Assembly: GCF_018977255.1 (NCBI RefSeq)
Contig: NW_024704742.1
Coordinates: 134,666,001-134,730,000, forward strand
Direction: 5' to 3'
DNA: 64,000 nt
From: Callorhinchus milii
Taxonomy: Eukaryota
Both the position numbers and the translations under genes were made by a program. Position 1 is the stretch's first letter. Each line of letters opens with the position of its first letter. Below are positions 50,290 through 63,660 of this stretch, one piece after another. Under the pieces are notes generated by a model. That model saw only the letters and a program-made list of their open reading frames with translations. It made no database searches and was not told the origin of the DNA.

Positions 50290-51950
50290 TAGACTTCTTC
50301 GCTTGAAAAATTGAAAACATCCGTTCGGCTACATCGCGCTCTTCCCCCTCCCAAGTCACCTAGCACCCCACCCAGACCATCCACACCGCCTTCTCCTTCC
50401 GAACACGGCTCCTCACACTCCTTTGCCGCCATTTCTCCCTCCTCTCTTTCAACCACATCACCTGGATGAAGTTCACCACCTGCTGCCTCGACCTACTCCC
50501 CACCGAGCTGCTGGTCACTCAACTCCCCTTCTCTCCCTCCTGCTGGCCGACACGGTGAACCAGTCTCTCTCCTGTCGCACACTACCGTCCTGTCTCCAAC
50601 CTACACTTCCTTGCTAAAGTCCTGTAATGCATTGCTGCAGGTCAACTTCGGTCGCACCTCTCCCTCCACTCCCTCCTCGAGCCCCTGCAGTCTGGTTTTC
50701 GCCCTGTCCACAGCATAGAGACAGTGCATGTCAAAGTCACAAACGACATTCTCTCTGTGACCAGGGCTTCCTCTGCCTCCTCGTCCTCCTGGATCTTTCT
50801 GCCGCATTTGACACAGTCAACCACCTATCCTCCTCCATTATTGGGCCCGCACTCGCATGGTTCGAGTCCTACTTCACCAACCGCCTCCATTTCATTCTCA
50901 GCAAATGTTTTCTCCTCCCACTCCCACCCGGTCACCTGTGGGGTACCCCAGGGCTCCATCCTTAGCCCTCTTCTTTTCCTTATCTACATGCTCCCACTGG
51001 GCGATGTCATCCGCAGACACGGGGTAAACTTCCACATGTATCCCGATGACACACAAATCTACTTTTCCTCCTCCAGCACCAACTCCAGATCTGCCGATGT
51101 TCTATTAGCTTGTCTGGCAGACATCAGGGGCCTGGATGAGTTTAAACTTCCTGCAGCTAAACATGAACAAGACGGAAGCCATACTCCTTGGCTTCCGTCA
51201 ACGTCTTCACTCCTGCGGATCCAAACTCCCCAACCTCCTTGGGCTCTCCTTCACACTCACCAAACCAGTGCGCAACCTAGGCATCCGGTTCGAACCCCAG
51301 CTGTCCTTCCTCCCCCACATCAGGTCCCTGATCAGAACCACCTTCTTCCACCCCCGCCCCATTGCCCGCCTCTGTCCAAACCTTACCCCAAATGCAGCTG
51401 AAACCCTTGTGCACGTGTTTGTCTCCCACTTGGATTACACCAACACAGTTCCACCATTCGAAAGATCCAGCTCACTCAGAACTCTGCCATCCAGATAATG
51501 ATGTGGACCAAACTCCGTACCCACATCTCACCAGTTCTGGCCCAGGCTCCACTGGCTCCCCATCACTGAACAGATCGACTTCAAGATCCTCATACTCGTG
51601 TTCAAATCCCTTCACTCCCCGGCACCTCCCTACCTCTCCGACCTCCTCACTCCACAATCCACCACCTGGTGCCTACGCTCGACTGGCAATGGCCTCTTGC
51701 TCGACCTTCAAACCCTCTGCCCCAAGATTGGAAGTCGCACTTTCAGCCATTACGCCCCAAAATGTGGGAACACTCTCCCTCAATCCCTCCATCTTGCCCT
51801 CTCTCTCCCTTCTTTCAAGTCCCCCCTGAAAACTTTTCTCTTTGACCATCCCTACGGCCACTTCCTCGGCTTGGTTTCAGGCTCCGCCACTGTTAAGACG
51901 CTGCCCTGTGTGGTGGGTGTTATACAAGCGCAAGTTGTTAATGTTGCTGC
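50290..51950 (+). mobile_element. Degenerate L2 LINE (reverse-transcriptase remnant)
   Basis: [70 protein letters not shown]; frameshifted. Confidence 0.9.
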
Positions 51951-52279
51951 CGTTTAAATGAATTACGTAATAATTAAGAACAAAACCGCACCAAACTTTT
52001 TTTTGAATCATAGCCCACATAATCCAACAGAAAAAAAAAACCCCGCCCAACCTGACCACATTATCCTTCGTGACAGGTCCCACACCAAATACGATGTGGT
52101 TTTTTTCCCTCTTTTTTTCCCTCTTTATCATTACTCTATTATTATTTTCTCTCAATTCAATTGACTTTACAGTTTATTCCGTGAAGCGCTTGGAGACGTC
52201 GAGAAGACGTGAAAAGCGCTAATACCCAATGCAAGGGTTATTATCATTACGGTCAACTCAACAGAACACAGGTGGGAAT

Positions 52280-52830
52280 TGTGAATGAGAAGGTGCGGCG
52301 TGGCGGGGGCGGGCGGGGTGGGGGTGGGGGGGGGAGAGAAGAGAGAGACCAGGAGAAGGGTTGGGGGGAGAGCGAGCGAGCGAGCGAGAAAGACAGAACG
52401 TGGAGAGAGAGAAAAAAAAGAAAAAGAAAGAAAGGAAGGAGACGGATTGGGCGAAGGGAGGGATGGAGAGGGAGGGAATGGGGCAGTTTGCAGCAGAGCC
52501 TTGAGATTGGCGGACAGGAGGCTCAGTGGTGGGGGCGGTGGGGGCTGGTGATGGAGTGATGATGGAGGGAGGGGGGCGGGGGGGGGCGTGGTGGTGGGTG
52601 GGGGGGGTCGTGGTGGTGGGGGTGGGGGGGGATGGTGAGGGCCAGGAAAGGGGCGGGACCTTTTGTCGGGGCGGAACGGAATGCAAGGGGAGCCAACAGC
52701 AGGGACCGGGGGGACGGGTTAGAGGAGGGGACACACACTCACTCACCCACACACCCACACACACAGAGCAGCGCAGGTGGTGTCATGGCGCTGAGGGCGG
52801 CCGCTCGGCTGCTGTTCGGTGAGTCTCTGT
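52280..52830 (+). promoter_or_regulatory. GC-rich FECH promoter with Sp1-type GC boxes and inverted CCAAT boxes
   Basis: G-rich, CpG-containing region upstream of the ATG at 52785; GGGCGGG at ~52651 and GGGGCGG at ~52668; ATTGG at ~52446 and ~52506. Confidence 0.55.
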
Positions 52831-55800
52831 TGCTCTCTCTCTCTCTCTCTCTGTTTATTATTATTATTATTTTTTTCTCTCTCTCGCGCTGTGGTTGTGA
52901 GGGGTCCGTCCGTCCGTCCGTCAAAGCTTCGACGCCTCTCCTTCTTTCCGGCGCACAAATATATATATATATACATATATATATGTAAAATATTAAATAT
53001 ATATATATTTATATATATGTATTTAATATTTATATATATATATTTATATATATATAAAAGAAATAAAACGGACAAGGAGTGGAGTTCCTGACCTTTAAAA
53101 CACTCATTTCTTCCCTCTCTCTCTCTCTCTCTCAATCTTTCTCTCTCTCTCTCTCTTTCTGAAAACAGCCCCTTTTCTCTCTCTCTCTCTCTCTCTCCCT
53201 CTCTCTTCCCTCTCCATCTCTCTCTCTCTCTCTATCTCCATTCTAAATCATCACTTCATTATCACCTTCTCTCTCTCTCTCCGCTTGAGGTTTTGCCTTT
53301 TCTTTTCCCCCCTCTCTCTCTCTCTCTTTATTACTATTATCGCTTTATTACTATTATTCTCTCATTCCCTCTCTCCCCCTCTCTCTTGAGAATTCTTTCC
53401 ATCACTTCATTATTATTATTGTTATTATTATTTTTTCTCTCTCTTTTGTTCTGCTTTGAGAATTCACCTTTTCCCTCGTTACATAAAGGGCCGCTTCTGC
53501 AGCCATTATATAAACCAAAGAGGGGAGGGAGGGAGGGAATGAGATAGGAGAGAGGTGGAGAGGATAATTATGTAAGGAGCTGTTTATGTAACCAGGTGGA
53601 ATGTGCTGGAATTTTAAACTGGATCAAAAGACGTATCCTCGCACAGAGGATCATTGAGTAATAATAATAATAATATTAATCCTCGCATTTGATACAGCGC
53701 TTTTCACGTCGGGAGGACGTCCCGAAGCGCTTCGCAGAACACACTGTAAAGTGAATCGACTGTATGTTTGTGGGCGAACGCGGAAGCCAATTGCGCACAG
53801 CAATGTCCCACAAACAGTTGTAGATTGAAAATGACCAATTTATTATTGTTTTTGGTTTTGAAGGGATTATTATTTGGCTCTGTGTGGAGTAAGGAAACTT
53901 GCCCAAGGTTTCGCCCTCTGCCTGGAATTGAACTCAGGTCTCTCGCTTGCAAAGCGAGTGCTCTAACCACTGAGCTACAGGACTCCACCGATATAAGTGG
54001 CCATGTTTTATTATCTGTTCTTATATCTACAACATATTTTTATATCTGTTGTATAATCTGTAATCCGTGGAGTCCTGCAGCTCAGTGGTTAGAGCGCTCA
54101 CCTCGCAAGCGAGAGACCTGGGGTTTAATTCCTAAGACAAGTTTCCTTACCCCACACGACTCCGTTCACCCGACAGTAAGTAGGAGCTCGTTTGTTAAGT
54201 CGATTGGCAGATCGCTTTTCCGGGGGTAATAATCCCTTTTTGTTTAAAAAAAACAAATTGTTTTATATAATAATTTAGTCACTTAATCCATGACTGTTTG
54301 TGCGACACTGCTGTGTGCAATTGGCTGGGTAATCTTTTGTTTATAAATTAAAATTGTTTTTGTTTGTAAATTTGTAGATTAGAAGTCTTTTGTAGAAACA
54401 ATAACGTAATTTTTCAAGTAATTTGATCTTCATTTTTGCTGTCTCATATCATCCTTGTGGTTCTTCATTTCCTGATGTATCTTTTTTAGCATTTTGTTCC
54501 TGTTGCCTTCCTGAGGTGAAAAGGAGAGGCCGATTTTGTTTATTATGCAATGATATTTAGTGCCTTGAGAGTTAACACATCGCTATGCTTAAGAGAATAT
54601 AAGCTATATTTAGTTCCGTGCATCCTACCTATACATGGAAATCTCAGTGATAAATTGTTGGAATGGAATGCGCACTCTCTCCCTGAAGGGATGCATCCTG
54701 CTTACCTAATTCTGGAAAGCAATACTACAACAACCTGCATTAGTATAGTGCCCTTCACGCCAAAAACTTGCCAACATTTCGTCTTGTCCGGGAACCGAAC
54801 CCGGGTCGTCTCGCTTGCGTACCGAGCGCTCTAACCACTAACCTGCAGGACTCCAAAATGGGATGTTGCTAATTGGTCAATTGGCGCATCAAGTTGGCGC
54901 TTTAAAAAAAGTGACGATGCGTGCTAATTAGCACATGAAACGGGTTAGGAAAAGTTGCATTCTACCCACTCAAAGGGACTTTTGAAATCTGCTTTCTGTT
55001 GCAAGGATTAACTAGGGATTGCTTCTCTGGCTTAGTTTTCTTTACAGTAACTCTCTCATAGTTCTCATTCTGTGTAGATAATGCAACAAATAATTCCTGA
55101 CTTGGCTCTTACAATGTATTTAAATCTATTAGTAATAATCCTTACGTTTAATATTACGCCTTTCATGTCGGGAGGTCGTCTCAAAGCTCTTCACAGGATT
55201 TTTGAGTTTAAGAGTAGTGACTGTATTTTGTAGGCAAACTCCTACGAAATCCACTAATTTCTTGCTCTTAAAATTTTGTTTCTTTGAGACCGTGACCGTG
55301 GAGTCCTGTAGCTCAGTGGTTAGAGCACTCGCTTTGCAAGTGAGAGACCTGAGTTCAATTCCAGGCAGAGGGCGAAACCTTGGGCAAGTTTCCTTACTCC
55401 ACACAGAGCCTAATAATAATCCCTCCAAAACCAAAAACAATAATAAATTGGTCATTTTCAATCTACGACTGTTTGTGGGACATTGCTGTGCGCAATTGGC
55501 TGCCGCGTTCGCCCACAAATATACAGTCAATTCACTTTACAGTGTGTTCTGTGAAGCGCTTTGGGACGTCCTCCCGACGTGAAAAGCGCTATATCAAATG
55601 CAAGGATTATTATTATTATTATTATTATTTGCTTTCCCTGCTTGAATTGATGCCTTTGTCTGTATCCCCAGATTCTGTTTGTTTGGACTCAGGTATTGCA
55701 AGCCACCAAAAAGCACCACTAAGAATTAGAAGGGTACATTCTTTACTTGAGGCTCAATGCACATTGGAACGACCAATTGAGTGTTGTGCAGTTGGAGACA

Positions 55801-58442
55801 TTGAATTGTAGGAAGCGCCACCGATTGAATGAGGGATTAAACTGAATTTGCTTAGGTGTGCATTTGTGTGTGTCTGTGTGTGTGTGTATTGTATATTATA
55901 TAATTATAGATAAATACACACACACACACACACCTGTTGCATCAGTTGGGACTATGATATTTAATATGACTTATGTAAAGTATGAGTTATGCAACTGGAA
56001 TAGATCATATTTATGATTTATGTAAAGTTATATACAAGTTGGATTTTATGACTTACACGTAACAATTACACAAATACTGTACTGGCTTTGGGGCATAAAC
56101 GTAAGGTTTCTGTACTGTGTTTAACGAATGCATATTAAAACTATCTTAGACCATTCTTTCATATTCTTACATGTACTGTATCTCACGTGCAAAAAACCTG
56201 TGCTGTATATATGCTATATTTTTATGTGGCTGTGTGTTCAACTTAGTAATTATTCTTTTTTTAAAAAAATCAAGTCTTAAGTTTTAACTTCATTTTAACT
56301 AAATTAAGTGTTTACAAATTTTCTTCATTTGATCTTACACTTTTTACATTGGCCAAACGTCAGTCCCTAAACGTGGCCGTATTTCAACTGGCTGATTTGA
56401 TTGTTGTTATCGGCTACGAAGTGACACTGCAGAAAGCTGCCTCTCTCAAACTGTTTACACCCACTCCTCTACCCACCCACTTCAATCAGGAGGTTCTGAT
56501 AAGGCACCTTCCACATGACTCTCGTCTCCTCCACTCAACTATGCTTTCAGCCACTATGCCCCGAAACTCTGGAACTCTCTGCCTCAATACCTCATATTTA
56601 TTCCCTCTTTGCCCAACATCAGATCCCATGTGAAGACTTTCCTCTTTGACTGTGCCTGCAGCCACTTCCTCTTTCTCCCTGGTTTGGCACCAACAACAAC
56701 AAAATTACAATTGTATAGCGCTTTTCACATCGGGAGGATGTCCTAAGGGGCTGGACAGTCAGTGTTTTGGACCCGAGCTGGAGGTTGGGATTGGGGAAGA
56801 TGGAAGGCAGTGGGGGTGGGAAAGGAGGATGATCGAAAGCACGAAGAGGAGGGTCTTGAGATGGGTCTTAAAGGAGGCAAGAGAGGGGGTGAGATGGAGG
56901 GACTGGGATGGAATTACAGAGGGTGTGAGTAGAGTGGCTGAAGGCCTGCCCGCCAATGGTGGGGTGGGCAATGCAGGGGACCTGAAGCAGGCTGGAGCAG
57001 AGGAAGCGGCCAGGTTGGTAGGGGCTTAGGATGCCGCAGAAGTAAGGGGGAACGAGTGCTTTGAAAGTGAGGACCAGGATCTTGAACTGTATCCTCTATG
57101 TGATGGGAAGCCAGTGGAGTCGAGCGAGGATGGGGGTGACGGAGCCTGGTGCGGGAGGACACGGGTTGCAGAGTTGCAGAGGCGAACTGCAGCCTATGGA
57201 GGGAGAAGTTGGGAGGCTGACAAGCAGGGAGTTTGCATAGTCAAGCCTGGATGTTATGAATGCATATATAAGGGTTTCGGCGGACTGCAGTGTGAGACAA
57301 TGGCGGAGCCGGGTGATGTTGTGTACATGGGGGAAGGTAGATCGGGTCATGACACTGATGTGGGGTAGAAAGGATAGTTGAGGCTCAAACAAAATTCCAA
57401 GGTTCTGGACTGGCTTAGTAAGGTGGAGTGTGCAACCATGGATGGTGATGCTTTCAGCGCGTGAGGTGTGGAGGCACTGACGGGAGCTAATCAGGATGGC
57501 CTCGGTCTTGTTGATGTTCAACTAAAGGAAGTTGTCTCTCATCCAATACTTGTTGAGACATTCTGGACAGTGGTCAGGAAAACAGTGGTCCTGGAGTTGA
57601 GGGCGGAGGCAGAGATACAGTTGAGGGTCATTCGCATACATAAGGAAATTGACCCCTTGTCTGCGGATGATGTCATCGACATGTCATTCCAGACAGGGCG
57701 AAACCTTGGGCAAGTTTCCTTACTCCACACGCCTAATAATAATCCCTCCAAAACCAAAAACAATAATAAATTGGTCATTTTCAATCAACGACTGTTTGTG
57801 GGACATTGCTGTGCGCAATTGGCTGCCGCGTTCGCCCACAAATATACAGTCAATTCACTTTACAGTGTGTTCTGTGAAGCGCTTTGGGACGTCCTCCCGA
57901 CGTGAAAAGCGCTATATCAAATGCAAGGATTATTATTATTATTATTATTATTATCGAGAGGGAGCATATAGATATTGAAGAGGAGGGGACTAGGGACAGA
58001 GCCCTGAGGAACACCACACAAGACGGTGTGGGGGCTGGAGGAGAAACCATTTGTGGACATGAAGTGGAGACGGTGTGAGAGGTACGATCTGAAACAGTTA
58101 AGGACAGAACCATGAAGGTTGAGGTGAGCGGAGAGAGGCAGTGGATGAGGATAGAGTGGTCAACGGTATCGAAAGCAGCAGAAAAGTCAAAGAGGCAAAG
58201 ATATCAAGCTGTGATATTGTTAAATGCGAGGATGTTACCCCACGTTAAGGACGCTATATAAATGGAAGTTGTTATATAGTGCTATTGTTTTTTTCGGTCA
58301 AGAAATGGTAAGCAAGGCATTCATTTTGTTTCCATGTTCAGTGCATTTTGCACATGCAACAAGACAGTAGAACGAAAGTACATAAGCTTTTGCTTGTAGT
58401 CACTACACTGGATGGTAATATCTGTGAAGATATTCAGTATTT

Positions 58443-58473
<31 letters not shown>

Positions 58474-61400
58474 CAGCAATAAACAAGGACTGACATGTGC
58501 TTTGTGTATGGGAAAGCAGCCAAACAATACTGCAGGAAAGAAGGTGCTGGATAGAAAAATCCCGCCAGACACGTGGGGAGCTGTGGTAACTGGCCACAAA
58601 TGAGCCGAAATGAAAGGGGACAAAGTAACTTGCGTTCAATTAAAGCTGGAAAGTAGCTTTGCAAGTGGAATTTTCCGTGCTTTGTAATCCATTTCAGTCA
58701 CGGATTATAATTTATCAATTTCTAAAATCCATTAATTATGATGAAACATGGACCTCCTAAGTGAACGTGGCACTCGTTTGCTGCTGAAAACACTTCAGCC
58801 AGTATTGGGTTTTACTTGAATGAGACTGTGAGGTTTAGCTTTCACTTCCACTCCTTTGTAAATCATCTGCTGGACTTAATACTTACCTGCGTTGGGTATT
58901 ATATTTACTTCAAATCTGCTTTTTTTTTCATTCACTGCAACAAAGATTGATATGTATGCTACAAAAATTGCTCCTCATCCAACTAATTGCTTCGCCCTTC
59001 CCTGGTAACTGGTCCTTGATTATCATCTGAGTAAAGAAAAACTTCTCTAAGTAAAGAAAACTCACGTCTTCTTGATCAGCTGTCTTGTTGCATCCTAAAG
59101 TATTGATTTAGCTTTACTTTTTCAATCCCCATTTAAAATTTCATGCACTCCTATGAGGTCCATTCTGAGATGTTTTTCTTGTCTAACGGTTGATCATAGG
59201 CTATAGCTCTTTTCTCCAACACTGGAGATCATTGCTGCTGTTCTCTGTACTGCCTTCGGGATGTGGGCGGATCCTGTATGTCGCAGTGACCAGTACTCGA
59301 GGTGCAATCTGACTTGATCACTGCACAGCCTGAGTATGATGTCTGGGACTCCAAACTGAAATCTGAACTGATTTAGCAGTATAGCCCAGCATCCTGTTTG
59401 CCTTATTTATTGCTGCCTCTTGGTGTGTGTGTATATGAAATACTGAATATCTTCACAGAAATTTCCATCCAGTGCAGTGACTATAAGCAAATATAGCTGA
59501 TTTGTTTACACAGGGCTCTCAATCAGCCATGAATTGAATGACCAATTGATCTGAAGGATTATTAACCAGGACACTGGGAGAAACTTGAGTTCACCTAAGG
59601 AACAGGCAGACAGATCCTGGTTTGTCTGACTCGGCTTTGCTCACGCTTGGCCCAAGCCGAGTGAATGCAAATCTGACTGCATGTCTTCAGGCTTGAAGAC
59701 AGGACAACAGGACAAAATGTGGAGTCCTGTTGCTCAGTGGTTAGAGCACTCGCCTTGCAAGCGAGAGGGCCTGGGTTCGATTCCCATCAGGGAGAAATGT
59801 TGGGCAAGTTTTCTTACTCATACGTTCATTTACCTAGCAGTAAGTAGGAATCCGGTTGTTAGTCGATTGGCAGATTGGTTTTCCGGGGATAATAATTCCT
59901 TCAAAAAATAATGATAATCAATTGGTCACTTCAATCCACGACTGTTTGTGGGACACTGGTGTACATTATTGGCTGCTGCGTTTTGCCCATAAAATATAGT
60001 GTCAATTCGCTTTACAATATATTCTGTGAAGCTCTTTGAGATGTCTCGAAGACGTGATAAAGCGCTATATTATTAATTATAATAACAATAATAATCCTTG
60101 CATTTGATATAGTGTTTTTCACGATGTCTCAAGGCGCTTCACCGAATAGACTGTAAAGTGAATTGACTGTATATTTGTGGGTGAAACGCGGCAGCCAATT
60201 GTGCACAGCAATGTCCCACAAACAGTCGTGGATTGAAAATGACCAATTTATTATTGTTTTTTGTTTTGTAGGATTATTATTGGGGGTGTGGAGTAAGGAA
60301 ACTTGCCCAAGGTTTCGCCCTGCCTGGAATTGAACCCAGGTATCTCATTTGCAAGGCGAATGCTCTAACCACTGAGCTACAGGACTCCACATTGCGTGAT
60401 TCTATTATGCAGAAATGGTGCCTATAGTAAAGTTCGTTAAAACTTTCTTATACGCCAAGTAAGGTTGTGTGATGGTGATTTACTATGAATTAATTTGGCT
60501 TTGTTTGCCCCAGGCCACAATGGAATTTGTAATATTTGGTTGTGTATTTTCATTAGCATGTAATTCTTGTGCTCAGTTTATCTTGTAAACCTTCATAAAA
60601 GTGATCATGTCTAGTGGTATATGAATAGTTACTCGGTTCCTGTTAACCCTGCAAGCCAAAGCCTAAACGGGTATGGTGGACCTAGTGGAAAAGCTTGCCA
60701 GACCGCAATATCAATGGCAAGCTATGAGATTTTAGCGAGTTAGACTCCAGCAGTACTCCCAACGCACACTCTGGGGTCCCCAAGCTTTGGTTCTTGCCAA
60801 CCTGTGCCTGATACTTTCCGGAATCAGGTAAGCAGGATGTGTTCATCCAGGGAGAGAGCGCGGATTCTATTCCAACAATCTGTCTGGCATTTCCACATGT
60901 TGGTGGGATGTGTGGAAATTCTCTTAAATCATGGTGATGGATTTCTGCATGTGTCAGATACTCAGCTGCCTCAAAGAAAATATGAATAGTTACTGAATTA
61001 TGAATCAATTAGACTAAAGTTGGCAGGATCTCTCCAATGTATTTAGTAAGTTTGGCTACGGTAAACTCTGTTTTGTAAAGTATATGTAAGAAGCATTTGG
61101 GGTCTCCAGATCTGCTGAGTTACTTTGCCATAGCCTCCCTGGTGGGTTAGTTGTAAGCTAAATTGTTGTGGTGGATTAACAGCAAAATGTTTCCTACACA
61201 GCTGCAAATAGCTGTTCGAGTAGATGGTGTTGTCGAGTCCAGTGGCGATGGCATTCAACTGCAGCAGTGACGAAGGGAGAGGTAGACGACATCAAAGAAA
61301 ACGTTCAACTTAACAAAAGGTAAATTGGAATTAAAGGGTGAGGGAGAATTGTTTTATTATCCGTCATTAAATAGGATTTATGCCATATTGATGGAACCAG

Positions 61401-63660
61401 TTAGGGAGTGATGTTGGCGGCTGCACTTTCAGCTACTACGCCCCAAAACTTTGGAACAATCTCCCTTATTCCCTCCGTCTTGCTCCCTCCTTCCCTAGGT
61501 TATGCCTGAAGACCATTCTTTTTGACTGTGCTTAAGGTCACCTTCCCCCCTCCCTCCGGCTCAGTGTCATGCTCTGTCACTTTCAAGCACTCTGGGAAGC
61601 TGTCCTGCGTGAGGGACGCTATGTACATGCAAGTCGTTGTTTGTTTGAACTGTGGGCACTCGGATAGTGCCAATAGTCTCGCAAGATTCTCTCATTAAGG
61701 GATGCACCTTTTAATTACTGAACTCTATTCAAATATATTTATGTAAAACGTGCATCAGAACTCTTCTGTATTATCAACTTATATGTGCAGTTTCTAACAA
61801 TGACTCAAATGGAAATGCATATTTGGATAAAGAATTCTGCCTGATATGTCATTAGTTCTTTCAGATTCTGATAGATCTGATGGGAATTTTCTAGTATTTT
61901 TGTTTTATATTTCCAGCTTCTACAATTTGATGCATCTACAATTTCCAGCATTTATATGGAGGCCTGTAGCTCAGTGGTTAGAGCACTCGCTTTGCAAGTG
62001 AGAGACCCGGGTTCGATTCCCGGCAGGGTGAAATCTTGGGCAAGTTTCCTTACTCCACACGTCTGATAATAATCCCTCAAGGGAAAAAAAATAAATAAAT
62101 TGGTCACTTCAATCCACGACTGTTTGTGGGACATTGCTGTGCGCAATTGGCTGCCGCATTTCGCTCACAAATATACATTCAATTCACTTTACAGTCTATT
62201 CTGTGAAGCGCTTTGAGACGTCTAGAAGACATGAACAGTGCTATATCAAATGGAAGGATTATTATTATCATTAATTTTCTGTTCAGTCCTCTGTCTCTGG
62301 CAACCCACCTGCGTGAAGTGCCTTCACAATGCTGAAGGACCTACAGGTGTTGCTGACAGATATAGGATAAAGTAGTACAAGAGTAGAGCATTGTTGCTGG
62401 CCAGATTAAATATCCCCTACCCTAAGACACGGTGTATTCAAAGCACTAATTACTATATAGTTTGTTACATGTTTAGCCAGCAATAAGCCAGAATATAACT
62501 GCCCAAAGATTTTTGAGGGGGCAGAGGAAAAGGATTTAGTATCAACTGAAAATTTGTATAGGCTGTGTTTGCCTTCTTCTGACTTCTTTTGCATAAGCAC
62601 AATATCCAACACAGTATGTGTGCAACTCCACTGATGCATTGACACCTAAGTGACTTCTCCCCAGACTTTGCTGTCTGTGTGATAGATGATTTATCCCGCA
62701 CCCCCTTCACGTCTCTTTATGAGGCTGAAGACTTCTAGCTTATCAAAAAATGTTCACTTAATGCCAGTCTTTAATTTTGTCATACATTATATAAACTTTG
62801 CAAAATGTTTAGTCAGTTTTTTTTTTGTCCAGGAAACCCAAGACTGGAATCCTCATGTTGAACATGGGTGGACCTGAAACGTTAGATGACGTGCACGATT
62901 TTTTACTCCGGCTTTTCTTGGACAAAGATCTTATTCCTCTTCCTGCTCAAAGGTAAAAAAAGAGATTGCACTTGGCTCGCACGCGAGAGGATCTGGGTTG
63001 ATTTTCGGGTGGGGTGAAATCTTAGACAAGTTTCCTTCCTCCACACGCCTCTGTTCACCTAGCAGTAAGTAGGAACCTGGTCGTTAGGTGATTGGCGCAT
63101 CACTTTCCAGGGATAATAATTTTTGATCACTCAAGGGTGTCAGGACTTGAGTTCATGATCCAGACGGATACTTCCAATACAGTGTTGGGGGAGCACTACA
63201 TTGATGGAGATTCCGTCAATTGGAAGAGATGTCAAACTGAAGTCATGTTCAGATGGGCGTTAAAGATCCAGTAACATTTTGAAAGAGAAGTTAATTTTCC
63301 ACAAGTGTCCTGGCCAATAATCCTCCTTGTAACTTAGTCATTCATTCCATAGCTGTTAGTAAAACCCTGCATGTGCAAGTTGGTTGCTGGGTGTGCCGAC
63401 AAATTGTCACTCCCCTTGACAGGTTCCTGTGGAGTGCGCTGAGATGTATTTCAACTTTATAAGTTTGCATCGAGTGCAAGCAAGGATTGTTATTGTGTAT
63501 TATTGTTTCAGCAAACTCGCTCCTTTTATTGCAAGACGTCGTACTCCTAAGATTCAGGAACAGTACCACAGGATAGGTGGCGGATCCCCAATTAAAATGT
63601 GGACAGCCGTGCAAGGAGATGGCATGGTGAAACTGCTCGATGAATACTCCCCAGAGACAG
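52785..63660 (+). CDS. FECH: Ferrochelatase (mitochondrial), first four coding exons; gene continues past the window end
   Basis: Exon 1 52785-52818 ([11 protein letters not shown], transit-peptide-like, donor GTGAGT), exon 2 61202-61319 (…[13 protein letters not shown]…VQLNKR), exon 3 62833-62952 ([39 protein letters not shown]), exon 4 63512-63660 ([31 protein letters not shown]…). Phases are compatible. Exons 3-4 are unmistakable; exons 1-2 are slightly less certain. Confidence 0.92.
52830..53440. repeat. Microsatellite cluster, (CT)n, (TA)n and (TTA)n, at the start of FECH intron 1
   Basis: Directly visible simple repeats. Confidence 0.85.
53659..53988 (-). mobile_element. Full-length young tRNA-derived SINE, short form
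   Basis: Reverse complement of the 55298 element with few differences. Confidence 0.88.
55298..55629 (+). mobile_element. Full-length young tRNA-derived SINE, short form
   Basis: Same head, core and tail; nearly identical to the copies at 53659-53988 and 57696-57953. Confidence 0.88.
56690..58200 (-). mobile_element. Degenerate L2 LINE interrupted by a SINE (FECH intron 1)
   Basis: [12 protein letters not shown]…[14 protein letters not shown]…[13 protein letters not shown]…LHWLPIT; L2 3' tail at ~56690-56750. Confidence 0.85.
57696..57953 (+). mobile_element. 5'-truncated young SINE inserted into an older L2 fragment
   Basis: SINE body and (TTA)n tail interrupt the minus-strand L2 RT remnant in the [14 protein letters not shown] region. 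Confidence 0.8.
59719..60070 (+). mobile_element. tRNA-derived SINE, long form
   Basis: Head plus the extra linker (tacctagcagtaagtaggaa…gattggcagat), core and tail. Confidence 0.8.
60088..60390 (-). mobile_element. tRNA-derived SINE, short form, tail-to-tail with the previous copy
   Basis: Ends in …gagctacaggactccac (reverse complement of the head). Confidence 0.82.
61957..62270 (+). mobile_element. tRNA-derived SINE
   Basis: Same head, core and tail. Confidence 0.82.

Noticed and set aside
47310..51950. Intact autonomous LINE or functional reverse-transcriptase gene
   Set aside because: All RT remnants are 5'-truncated and frameshifted, with altered catalytic motifs (YVDG, YPDD).
52700..52800. 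Iron-responsive element in the FECH 5'UTR
   Set aside because: No CAGUGN-loop hairpin is visible near the ATG.
55298..55375. tRNA gene-like sequences at SINE heads
   Set aside because: They lack a proper acceptor stem and continue into a SINE body and tail in many dispersed copies.
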